Positions 15,505-22,791 of a stretch of DNA of 48,420 nucleotides are shown here, piece by piece (position 1 is the stretch's first letter; each line of letters starts with the position of its first letter). The position numbers were made by a program, and so were the translations under genes. Source of the stretch: Candidatus Portnoybacteria bacterium RBG_13_40_8 (lineage in GTDB: Bacteria > Patescibacteriota > Minisyncoccia > RBG-13-40-8-A); assembly GCA_001819435.1 (NCBI GenBank), contig MHMT01000013.1, forward strand, positions 1 to 48,420, given 5' to 3'. The notes under the pieces were generated by a model. The model searched no databases, was not told the DNA's origin, and saw nothing but the letters and a program-made list of their open reading frames with translations.

Positions 15505-17325
15505 TTATTTCTTCTCGCCTTCGCCTGTTTTTAAATCCGGGCCTTCGTCTTTTTTCTGCGCATCTTGCTGGGCTTTGTAAAGTTCGGTTCCGACTTTTTG
15601 AATGGCTTGGGATAATTCTTCCGAGGCCTTTTTTATTTCCTCGACATCATTCCCGTCTTTTGCTTTTTTCAAAACCGCAATTTTTTCTTCAATTGCTTTT
15701 TTATCATCTTCTTTAATTTTACCACCAAAATCCTTGATTGTCTTTTCGGTGGTGTAAGCCAAAGTATCAGCCATATTTCTGGCATCGATTAAGTCTCTTT
15801 TTCTTCTGTCTTCTTCGGAAAACTTCTCTGCTTCTTTTTTCATTTTTTCAATATCTTCTTTAGGAAGAGCCGAAGAATCCTTAATTGTAATATTTTGCGA
15901 ACGACCAGTAGCCTTATCTTTGGCTGTAACCGTTAAAATACCATTGGCGTCAATGTCGAAAGTAACTTCAATCTGGGGAATGCCGCGCGGAGCAGAAGGA
16001 ATCCCATCAAGCATAAATCTGCCCAATGTTCGGTTATCTTGCGCCATTGGTCTTTCGCCTTGTAAAATATGAATTTCCACTGATGGCTGACTATCCATGG
16101 CTGTAGAAAATATCTGAGATTTCGAAGTCGGGACAGTGGTGTTTCTCTCGATTAACGGAGTCCTTACCCCGCCCAAGGTTTCAATTCCCAAGGTTAGAGG
16201 CGTAACATCCAAAAGCAAAACATCCTTAACTTCCTCTTCGCCGGCTAAAATTGCTCCCTGAATGGCTGCGCCCATGGCCACGCATTCCATTGGATCAACT
16301 CCTCTTTCGATTTTTTGACCGAAAATATTTTCAATAAATTTCTGCACCATCGGCATTCGGGTCGGACCACCAACTAAAATAATTTTTTCGATCTCGCTTG
16401 GTTTGAACTTGGCATCTGCTAATGCCTGTTCAATGGAATGCTGACATTTTTCAACAATCGGTCGAACTAATTCCTCTAATTTTGCCCGAGTAATTTTCAT
16501 TAATAAATGTTTCGGTCCTTGGGCGTCAGCGGTAATGAACGGCAGATTAATCTCGGTTTCCAAAACCGAAGAAAGTTCTATTTTTGCTTTTTCCGCTCCT
16601 TCCTTAATTCTCTGCATTGCCATTTTGTCCGATTTTAAATCAATGCCGTTATCTTTTTTGAATTCTTTGATAATATAATCAATCAAAATCTCATCCATAT
16701 CCGTGCCGCCTAATTGAGTATCGCCGGAAGTTGAACGCACCTCAAAAACTCCCTGCCCGAAATTCATAATCGTCACATCCAGAGTTCCGGCGCCAAAATC
16801 AAAAACCAAAACCTGTTGGTCTTTTTCCTTGAATTTATCCAAACCATAAGCCAAACAAGCGGCAGTTGGTTCATTTACTAAGCGAATAACTTCCAAGCCG
16901 GCAATTGAACCAGCGTCTTTGGTTGCTTGACGCTGAGCATCGCTGAAATAAGCCGGCACGGTAATTACTGCTTTTTCTACCTTCTGACCCAAATACATTT
17001 CTGAGTCTTTTTTGACTTTTTGCAGAATAAAAGCCGAGATTTGCTGAGGGGTATATTCTTTGCCATAAATCTTGTATTTAAAATCAGTGCCCATTTTTCT
17101 TTTAGCAGCCGTGATTGTCCCTTCGGGATTTACCACTGCCTGACGACGGGCCGGCTCACCCACCAATAATTCTCCCTCCTTGGTAAATGCAACATAAGAC
17201 GGAAACGCTTTTCCGCCAACCAAAGTAGTTCCTTCAGCAGAAGGAATCATTTTCGGCTTTCCAGCTTCCATATAACTGGCCGCCGAATTTGATGTTCCAA
17301 GGTCGATACCGATAATTTTAGACAT
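15505..17325 (-). CDS. dnaK: Molecular chaperone DnaK (Hsp70)
   Basis: [29 protein letters not shown] and the conserved substrate-binding domain. Confidence 0.97.
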   Translation of the reverse strand: MSKIIGIDLGTSNSAASYMEAGKPKMIPSAEGTTLVGGKAFPSYVAFTKEGELLVGEPARRQAVVNPEGTITAAKRKMGTDFKYKIYGKEYTPQQISAFILQKVKKDSEMYLGQKVEKAVITVPAYFSDAQRQATKDAGSIAGLEVIRLVNEPTAACLAYGLDKFKEKDQQVLVFDFGAGTLDVTIMNFGQGVFEVRSTSGDTQLGGTDMDEILIDYIIKEFKKDNGIDLKSDKMAMQRIKEGAEKAKIELSSVLETEINLPFITADAQGPKHLLMKITRAKLEELVRPIVEKCQHSIEQALADAKFKPSEIEKIILVGGPTRMPMVQKFIENIFGQKIERGVDPMECVAMGAAIQGAILAGEEEVKDVLLLDVTPLTLGIETLGGVRTPLIERNTTVPTSKSQIFSTAMDSQPSVEIHILQGERPMAQDNRTLGRFMLDGIPSAPRGIPQIEVTFDIDANGILTVTAKDKATGRSQNITIKDSSALPKEDIEKMKKEAEKFSEEDRRKRDLIDARNMADTLAYTTEKTIKDFGGKIKEDDKKAIEEKIAVLKKAKDGNDVEEIKKASEELSQAIQKVGTELYKAQQDAQKKDEGPDLKTGEGEKK

Positions 17326-17340
17326 GTGTTTTATTTTTTA

Positions 17341-17360
17341 CCTGCCTGCCGACAGGCAGG
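17341..17360. other. GC-rich 8-bp hairpin in the grpE-dnaK spacer
   Basis: CCTGCCTG-CCGA-CAGGCAGG. It has no U-tract in the gene sense, so it is probably an intra-operon stability or processing hairpin. Confidence 0.4.
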
Positions 17361-17368
17361 CTTATTTG

Positions 17369-17863
17369 TTATTTATTAATTTTAACCCGACTTGGTCGGA
17401 TAACTTTGTTATGTAATTTATAGCCTTTTTGAATCTCTTCTACAATAATCTCCTCTTTCTCTCCTTTTTCATTTTCTATGACTTCATGAAGTTCGGGATT
17501 GAATTTTTCGCCGAGGGATTTGATTTCTTCAAGCCCCTCGTTTTTTAAAATGGTTTTTAATTTATTATAAAGATGGCGAACTCCCTCGTCTTCTTTGTGT
17601 TTTAAAGCCGATTCGAAACAATCCAAAATCGGCAATAATTCGCAAATCAGCCCCGAATTCGCAAATTTAATCCATTCGGATTTTTCCTGCTCAGTTCTTT
17701 TTTCCAGATTGATATAATCCGCTTTTGCTCTTTGCCAACCAGCAAGGTATTCGGCACGTTCTTGCTCGCAGTGCTTTAATTGATGTTTGACTTTTTTGAC
17801 TTTTTTATCGGGCTCATCAGAATTCTCGCTCACGTATTCAATTTTATCTTTATTGTCACCCAT
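17369..17863 (-). CDS. grpE: Nucleotide exchange factor GrpE
   Basis: YLAGWQRAKADYINLEKR...LLPILDCFE...FNPELHEVI...GYKLHNKVIRPSRVKI. Confidence 0.9.
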   Translation of the reverse strand: MGDNKDKIEYVSENSDEPDKKVKKVKHQLKHCEQERAEYLAGWQRAKADYINLEKRTEQEKSEWIKFANSGLICELLPILDCFESALKHKEDEGVRHLYNKLKTILKNEGLEEIKSLGEKFNPELHEVIENEKGEKEEIIVEEIQKGYKLHNKVIRPSRVKINK

Positions 17864-17895
17864 ATGCTCATTAACTCATATACTTATAAACTCAT

Positions 17896-18414
17896 TTACT
17901 CATAATCCTCTAGCATTTCTCTTAATTTATTAATCAATGAAATATTATAATCATATCTCATTCTTGTCGGACCCAATAAACCGACAACTTCATGTTTTTT
18001 ATTGGAAGTTCTAAATCCAGTAACAATCAAAGTGTATTTTTTGGTTCTGACCAAAGGAATTTCTTTGCCAATAAACACCTTGGTTTCTTCTTCTCCGATT
18101 TGTTCAAATAAATAATTAAAGTGCTTTTCAAATATGTCTTCGGATGACTGCTTGTTTGTTTTTTCCAAAACCTTGGCTCCCCTGTTTTCTAACGAACTAA
18201 TAAAAATCCGGTATGCCTTTTCCGTGGGCACTCGACCTGCCGAAGTGTGTGGTTTTAATAAATAGCCTGACCTCTCTAGTTCCATCATTTCGTTTCTTAA
18301 AGTAGCGGAACTCAACCCAAGTTTTTGGGCCAAAATTCTCGAACTTACTGGCTGTGAATTATCAACATATTCTTTGATAATTGCTTCCAGTATTTTTTGC
18401 TGTCTGATTGTCAT
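17896..18414 (-). CDS. hrcA: Heat-inducible repressor HrcA, half-size (172 aa)
   Basis: The N-terminal wHTH is RQQKILEAIIKEYVDNSQPVSSRILAQKLGLSSATLRNEMMELERSGYL.KPHTSAGRVPT. It is followed by grpE-dnaK and preceded by a perfect CIRCE. Confidence 0.8.
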   Translation of the reverse strand: MTIRQQKILEAIIKEYVDNSQPVSSRILAQKLGLSSATLRNEMMELERSGYLLKPHTSAGRVPTEKAYRIFISSLENRGAKVLEKTNKQSSEDIFEKHFNYLFEQIGEEETKVFIGKEIPLVRTKKYTLIVTGFRTSNKKHEVVGLLGPTRMRYDYNISLINKLREMLEDYE

Positions 18415-18415
18415 A

Positions 18416-18550
18416 CCCAGTGCTACAACTTCGATTTTTATACTGAGTTCATCAAAGTTGTAGATTATACATCAAAAAATGTTTGTTTATCTATTATGCC
18501 CCGATACTATCATCTGTGCCGCTCTGCGGCATCAAAGTTGTAGCACTGGG
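18416..18550 (-). promoter_or_regulatory. 135-nt element bounded by inverted repeats in the hrcA leader, abutting the start codon
   Basis: The 20-nt arms are CCCAGTGCTACAACTTCGAT (18416..18435) and ATCAAAGTTGTAGCACTGGG (18531..18550). A third copy of CATCAAAGTTGTAG lies at 18450..18463. Confidence 0.6.
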
Positions 18551-18562
18551 CATAGATTTACA

Positions 18563-18589
18563 TTAGCACTCTCATCATTAGAGTGCTAA
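18563..18589. promoter_or_regulatory. CIRCE operator (HrcA binding site)
   Basis: TTAGCACTC-N9-GAGTGCTAA, a perfect match to the CIRCE consensus, located just downstream of the -10 box. Confidence 0.92.
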
Positions 18590-18593
18590 TATA

Positions 18594-18622
18594 ATATTAG
18601 CTGTACAAATTATGTGTGTCAA
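18594..18622 (-). promoter_or_regulatory. sigma70-type promoter of the hrcA-grpE-dnaK operon
   Basis: In the minus sense: TTGACA (18622..18617), a 17-nt spacer, then TAATAT (18599..18594). CIRCE starts 4 nt after the -10 box. Confidence 0.75.
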
Positions 18623-18664
18623 GTATTTTGTAAAAGCCCCAGTACTAATTTTGCACATAGATTA

Positions 18665-18777
18665 AAGGCGAGGCGCTGCGCCCATAAAGGATGTGGCTAT
18701 GCTGCCACAGCCCCACCCAGCCACCCTAAAAGGTAAATTATATACGCCACTCGCGCCTCGCGATAGATATCAAATTT
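18665..18777 (-). ncRNA. Candidate small structured RNA (GC-rich, unknown family)
   Basis: A 9-bp closing helix GCGAGGCGC/GCGCCTCGC encloses the hairpin GGCTGTGGC-AGCATA-GCCACATCC and a G-rich tract. A TTGCCA-17-TAATAT promoter precedes it. No ORF. Confidence 0.3.
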
Positions 18778-18783
18778 ATTTTT

Positions 18784-18812
18784 ATATTAAGTTTTTACAA
18801 ATTGCATGGCAA
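18784..18812 (-). promoter_or_regulatory. Candidate promoter for the 18665..18777 RNA
   Basis: In the minus sense: TTGCCA (18812..18807), a 17-nt spacer, then TAATAT (18789..18784). Confidence 0.4.
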
Positions 18813-18826
18813 AATTATTACGGGGT

Positions 18827-18870
18827 AAAGAAAAAGCCCGGGGGTGCACTTGCGCGCTGCCCACGGGCTT
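18827..18870 (-). terminator. Intrinsic terminator of the SPFH operon
   Basis: In the minus sense the stem AAGCCCG...CGGGCTT has a GC-rich loop region and is followed by TTTTCTTT. Confidence 0.7.
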
Positions 18871-18876
18871 GAATGT

Positions 18877-19839
18877 TTACTTTTTGTCCTCCTTTCCCAG
18901 AATTTCCCTGAGAAACTGCTTGAGTCCTCCGAAAATGATGGGTGATCCCTTTCCTTCGGCAAACCTCTCCATGGCCTCCATGCTACGAAGCGTCAGGTCT
19001 GAGTCTTCTTTCTTTGTCGTACGATATACTATTTCGACCCTTCTTGCTTCCGCATTAGCATCGATAATTTTGGCTTCGTATCTCCGATCTGCCGCGGGAA
19101 CAGCATTCATGGCTTCTTCATACTCTTTCGGCAATTGAACGTCTTGTATCCCGGCCTTAGTAACTTGAATACCCCAGTCTTCCACTTCTTTCTGAACTGC
19201 TGTCTTTATGCTCTCGTTTATTTCGTCCTTCTGATTTCCTATAAGAACATCTGGAGTAAATTTAGCGCATGTCTGTCGCAGAGTAAATATAAACAGGTCT
19301 TTCAGGGCGCCGTGAGCATCTTCAATTTTGGTAACCGAGTCTATCACGCTTTGGTTATCACTTTTGATTTTGAAGTAGAATATGGGGTCCACCGTTATCG
19401 AAATTTTGTTCAATTTGTGTTTGCTGCTACCCTCTAACCCGCTCTCTATAACAATCTTTTGCGGCGGGACATCTATCCGACGTTCATACATTTTTACGAA
19501 AAGCGTCCTTTCTGATGGCCATTTGGTCCAAGCCCAGCCCGGTTCTCGAACATGGGTCACATCGGGAATCGTGCCTTTTCGAAAAACAAGTAACCTCTCC
19601 CATGCTTTGGTTTCCTTAAAGGAATGGGACGCATACCAACTGACAATGGGAAGAACGGAGAGGAAAATCATGATCACGGCATACTTGAAGGGGAAAAACA
19701 GGGCAAAGACGAAAAGAACAAATCCATAAGGAATCGCTTTGATCGAAAGCTTGCGCCAGTTCTCGACAAACCCTTTCCAGTTGTTGATTTCCAACTGTTT
19801 CGGGTCGTCAATTTTTACCACACCTTTTGTCTCGGCCAT
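18877..19839 (-). CDS. SPFH/band-7 (stomatin/prohibitin-like) membrane protein
   Basis: N-terminal TM helices, then SPFH-domain sequence (...ITVDPIFYFKI...WGIQVTKAGIQDVQLP...A.A.R..EA.II.A.AE). GC looks higher than the surroundings. SD AAAGGAGGT. Confidence 0.85.
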   Translation of the reverse strand: MAETKGVVKIDDPKQLEINNWKGFVENWRKLSIKAIPYGFVLFVFALFFPFKYAVIMIFLSVLPIVSWYASHSFKETKAWERLLVFRKGTIPDVTHVREPGWAWTKWPSERTLFVKMYERRIDVPPQKIVIESGLEGSSKHKLNKISITVDPIFYFKIKSDNQSVIDSVTKIEDAHGALKDLFIFTLRQTCAKFTPDVLIGNQKDEINESIKTAVQKEVEDWGIQVTKAGIQDVQLPKEYEEAMNAVPAADRRYEAKIIDANAEARRVEIVYRTTKKEDSDLTLRSMEAMERFAEGKGSPIIFGGLKQFLREILGKEDKK

Positions 19840-19850
19840 TTTAACCTCCT

Positions 19851-20189
19851 TTACCGAATATTGATAATAAGCTTAAAAAGAAAGCCGATAACCACTAAGA
19901 CCATCGAGAATACGAAAGAATCAGCGCCCATCTGAACGCTTCCTTCTTTTGTCTCGAGAATGCCGATCTTGAGATACCCCCTCATCATCCACAAAAGATA
20001 GGAAATTGCCAGCATTCCCAAATAGGTGGTTCCAGCCCCGATAAAGGCTATTTTCGAGAATGTCTTCAGAGTGGCATCGGAATTGAACTCCTTAATCGGG
20101 TTGGCCCCAAGAATGACGATCGCCGTAATGATGAAGATTACAAACTTCACCAACTTACCAAAACCCTGGATTCCTTCAGATCTTACCAT
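19851..20189 (-). CDS. Small membrane protein (112 aa, 3 TM helices), first gene of the SPFH operon
   Basis: Hydrophobic ORF with the SD AAGGAGGT 6 nt before the ATG. No recognisable family. Confidence 0.6.
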   Translation of the reverse strand: MVRSEGIQGFGKLVKFVIFIITAIVILGANPIKEFNSDATLKTFSKIAFIGAGTTYLGMLAISYLLWMMRGYLKIGILETKEGSVQMGADSFVFSMVLVVIGFLFKLIINIR

Positions 20190-20293
20190 TTTAATACCTC
20201 CTTAGATTTTTCTTTGATTTATTTGTAGCCAAATGTCGTTAGACATTTTGGTCATTGTAAGGTGCTAATTTATATTAAATTTTGCTTATTGTC

Positions 20294-20322
20294 ATTATAC
20301 ACCCATTGACCTAAGTTGTCAA
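20294..20322 (-). promoter_or_regulatory. Consensus sigma70 promoter for the 20189..18877 operon
   Basis: In the minus sense: TTGACA (20322..20317), a 17-nt spacer, then TATAAT (20299..20294). Confidence 0.7.
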
Positions 20323-20333
20323 GTTAAATGATT

Positions 20334-20362
20334 TTGTCATAATCTCCAGGCCGTGATATAAT
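20334..20362 (+). promoter_or_regulatory. Promoter for corA, divergent from and back-to-back with the previous one
   Basis: TTGTCA (20334..20339), a 17-nt spacer, then TATAAT (20357..20362). Confidence 0.65.
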
Positions 20363-20385
20363 TAAATTAGCTAATAATTAAATTC

Positions 20386-20440
20386 ACCCTGTTAAATCCT
20401 GCGAAGCAGGGGTTCCGCGATGCGGGACATTTAACGGGGT
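20386..20440 (+). repeat. Y-shaped palindromic element, family 2, copy A (corA 5' UTR)
   Basis: The outer 12-bp stem is ACCCTGTTAAAT/ATTTAACGGGGT. The inner hairpins are CCTGC-GAA-GCAGG and TTCCGC-GAT-GCGGGA. A second copy lies at 39452..39508. Confidence 0.75.
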
Positions 20441-20446
20441 AAATCC

Positions 20447-21364
20447 ATGGAAAAAATTCAAATAAAAAATTTGACCTGGATTGATATTTCCGATCCGGAC
20501 AAAAGAGATATCAATTTTCTCAAAGAAACTTTTAATTTTCACCCCCTTGTTTTAAATGAACTTGAAGTTCCCACCCTCCGGCCAAAAGTCGAACATTATG
20601 ACCATTATCTTTACATGGTCCTACATTTTCCGATTTACCATTCCAAAGAAAAAACCAGTAAATCAATGGAGGTGGATTTTTTAATTACTTATAATACTTT
20701 GATTACTGTTCGTTATGGCAAAATCCAGCCCTTACAGGAATTCTGGAAAAAATGCGAATCGGGTCAACATGATCCGAATATCGAAGATTCAACCGCTTCC
20801 CTTCTCTATTGTCTTATCCAGGAATTAAATAATTTTTCCCTCCGTCAAATTGACCACATTACCAAAAAAATAGATACGATTGAAAAAGAAATTTTTGAAA
20901 CCAAAAAGGCCAAAAAAGAAGAAAAAATTGTGGAAGACATCTCTGTAGTCAGGCGCGACATTTTAGATTTTCGTAGAGCGTTAAGACCACAGCATACCAT
21001 TTTAGAGTCCTTAAAGCTAAAGGGTGCGGAATTTTTCGGCAAATCAACTGAGCCCTATTTTACCGATATAATCGGTGACCATATGCGTGTCTGGATTCTA
21101 CTGGAAAATAATAAAGAAACCATCGAATCGTTACAAGAAGCAAATGATTCTTTGCTTTCCAATAAAACAAATCGGATAGTGAAAGTTTTAACTCTTTTTT
21201 CGGTAATAGTATTTCCTTTAACTTTGTTGGCTGCCGTCTTTGGGATGAAAACCAGTTATTCGCCGATTCTGGGAATGAGATATGATTTCTGGATAATTAT
21301 AGGCATATTATTTGTAGTGGCAATTTTTATGCTGATTATATTCAAAACAAAAAAATGGCTCTAA
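20447..21364 (+). CDS. corA: CorA-family divalent cation transporter with a variant GMK motif
   Basis: It has CorA architecture: a cytoplasmic alpha/beta domain plus two C-terminal TM helices. The signature region reads LLAAVFGMKTSY, where GMN is expected. Confidence 0.75.
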   Translation: MEKIQIKNLTWIDISDPDKRDINFLKETFNFHPLVLNELEVPTLRPKVEHYDHYLYMVLHFPIYHSKEKTSKSMEVDFLITYNTLITVRYGKIQPLQEFWKKCESGQHDPNIEDSTASLLYCLIQELNNFSLRQIDHITKKIDTIEKEIFETKKAKKEEKIVEDISVVRRDILDFRRALRPQHTILESLKLKGAEFFGKSTEPYFTDIIGDHMRVWILLENNKETIESLQEANDSLLSNKTNRIVKVLTLFSVIVFPLTLLAAVFGMKTSYSPILGMRYDFWIIIGILFVVAIFMLIIFKTKKWL

Positions 21365-22719
21365 AATTGTACAATACTTTAACCAGAAAAAAGGAAATAT
21401 TTAAACCGATAAAAAATAAAACAGTCGGCATTTATACTTGTGGGCCGACTGTTTATTCTTATCAGCATATTGGTAATTTAAGAAGTTATGTTTTCGCCGA
21501 CACTTTGAAAAAGGTTTTATTTTATAATGGCTATAAAGTAAAGCATGTGATGAATGTTACTGATGTTGGTCATTTGAGTTCTGATGCCGACACCGGCGAG
21601 GATAAAATAGAAAAAGCCGCTCAAAAAGAGAAGAAAACCGCCTCAGAAATTACCGAATATTACTGGAAAATTTTCAAAGATGATTTTAAAAAATTAAACA
21701 TTATTGAGCCGGATATTTGGTCTAAGGCAACCGACCATATCAAAGAGCAGATTGAACTGATTAAAAAACTTGAAAAAAATGGCTATACCTATAAAACTAA
21801 TGATGGAATTTATTTTAACACTGCGAAACTGAAAAATTACGGGGAACTTGCCCAATTGAAAAAACAAAAATTACAAGCAGGCAAAAGAATTAAATTAGGA
21901 GAGAAGAAAAATATTACTGACTTTGCTTTATGGAAATTTTCGGAAAAACCGGGTACGAGACAGCAGGAGTGGCAAAGCCCTTGGGGAATTGGATTTCCCG
22001 GCTGGCATATTGAATGTTCGGCCATGTCAATGGAATATTTGGGCGAACGCTTTGATATCCATACGGGCGGGATTGATCATATTTCTATTCATCACACTAA
22101 TGAAATTGCCCAGAACCAAGTAGCAACAGGACATAGGGTTGTTAATTTCTGGATGCACGGCGCATTTTTAACTTTTAAAGGCGAAAAGGTCAGCAAAAGC
22201 AAAGGCGGATTATATACGATTTCGGAGCTGGAAGAAAAGGGATTCTCTCCACTCGCCTATCGTTATCTGCTTTTAACCGCTCATTATCGCTCGCCATTGG
22301 AATTTTCTTTGGAAAGCTTGAAAAAAGCCCAAGAAGGATATGAAAGGTTGAAAAATATTATTGGCGAAACGAGAGCCGACGGAAAAATCAACAATAAATA
22401 CTTAGATGATTTCAATAAAACAATTAATGATGATTTGGATATACCAAAAGCAATGAGTGTTTTATGGAAATTATTGCGCGACAAAAAAGCAATGGGCAAA
22501 ATAAAAACCATCAAAGAAATGGATAGGGTTTTCGGCTTGGATTTATTAAAAAAAGAGGAAATTAAAATCCCCAAAGAAATTAAAAAATTGGTTAAAGAAC
22601 GAGAGAATGCCAGAAAAAATAAGGACTGGAAGAAATCCGACGAATTGCGTACAAAAATAAAATCCCTTGGCTATTGGATTGAAGATACGGGAAAGGGAGC
22701 AAAAGTGAAGAAAATTTAG
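21355..22719 (+). CDS. cysS: Cysteine--tRNA ligase
   Basis: HIGH motif (HIGNLRSY), KMSKS motif (KVSKSKG) and WGIGFPGWHIECSAMS. Confidence 0.95.
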   Translation: MALKLYNTLTRKKEIFKPIKNKTVGIYTCGPTVYSYQHIGNLRSYVFADTLKKVLFYNGYKVKHVMNVTDVGHLSSDADTGEDKIEKAAQKEKKTASEITEYYWKIFKDDFKKLNIIEPDIWSKATDHIKEQIELIKKLEKNGYTYKTNDGIYFNTAKLKNYGELAQLKKQKLQAGKRIKLGEKKNITDFALWKFSEKPGTRQQEWQSPWGIGFPGWHIECSAMSMEYLGERFDIHTGGIDHISIHHTNEIAQNQVATGHRVVNFWMHGAFLTFKGEKVSKSKGGLYTISELEEKGFSPLAYRYLLLTAHYRSPLEFSLESLKKAQEGYERLKNIIGETRADGKINNKYLDDFNKTINDDLDIPKAMSVLWKLLRDKKAMGKIKTIKEMDRVFGLDLLKKEEIKIPKEIKKLVKERENARKNKDWKKSDELRTKIKSLGYWIEDTGKGAKVKKI

Positions 22720-22746
22720 ACCCCAACATATAAACAACTTTTAAAC

Positions 22747-22778
22747 AAAAGCCCGATTGACGCTGGGCTTTTTTGTTT
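22747..22778 (+). terminator. Intrinsic terminator after cysS
   Basis: AAAAGCCC-gattgacgct-GGGCTTTT followed by TTGTTT. Confidence 0.7.
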
Positions 22779-22791
22779 ATAACATTAGATT

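Noticed and set aside
17341-17360. The GC hairpin between grpE and dnaK might be an intrinsic terminator splitting the operon.
   Set aside because: In the gene (minus) sense it is followed by an A-run, not a U-run. A T-rich tail exists only on the non-transcribed orientation. It is more likely an intra-operon stabilising or processing hairpin.
20391-20435. Family-2 elements contain GTTAAAT and ATTTAAC, which match the integron attC core (GTTRRRY) and inverse core (RYYYAAC) consensus sequences.
   Set aside because: The order is reversed: here GTTAAAT comes first and ATTTAAC last, whereas attC has RYYYAAC first and GTTRRRY last. There is no integrase or cassette array, and the flanking genes are core housekeeping genes. 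In an AT-rich genome the match is probably coincidental.
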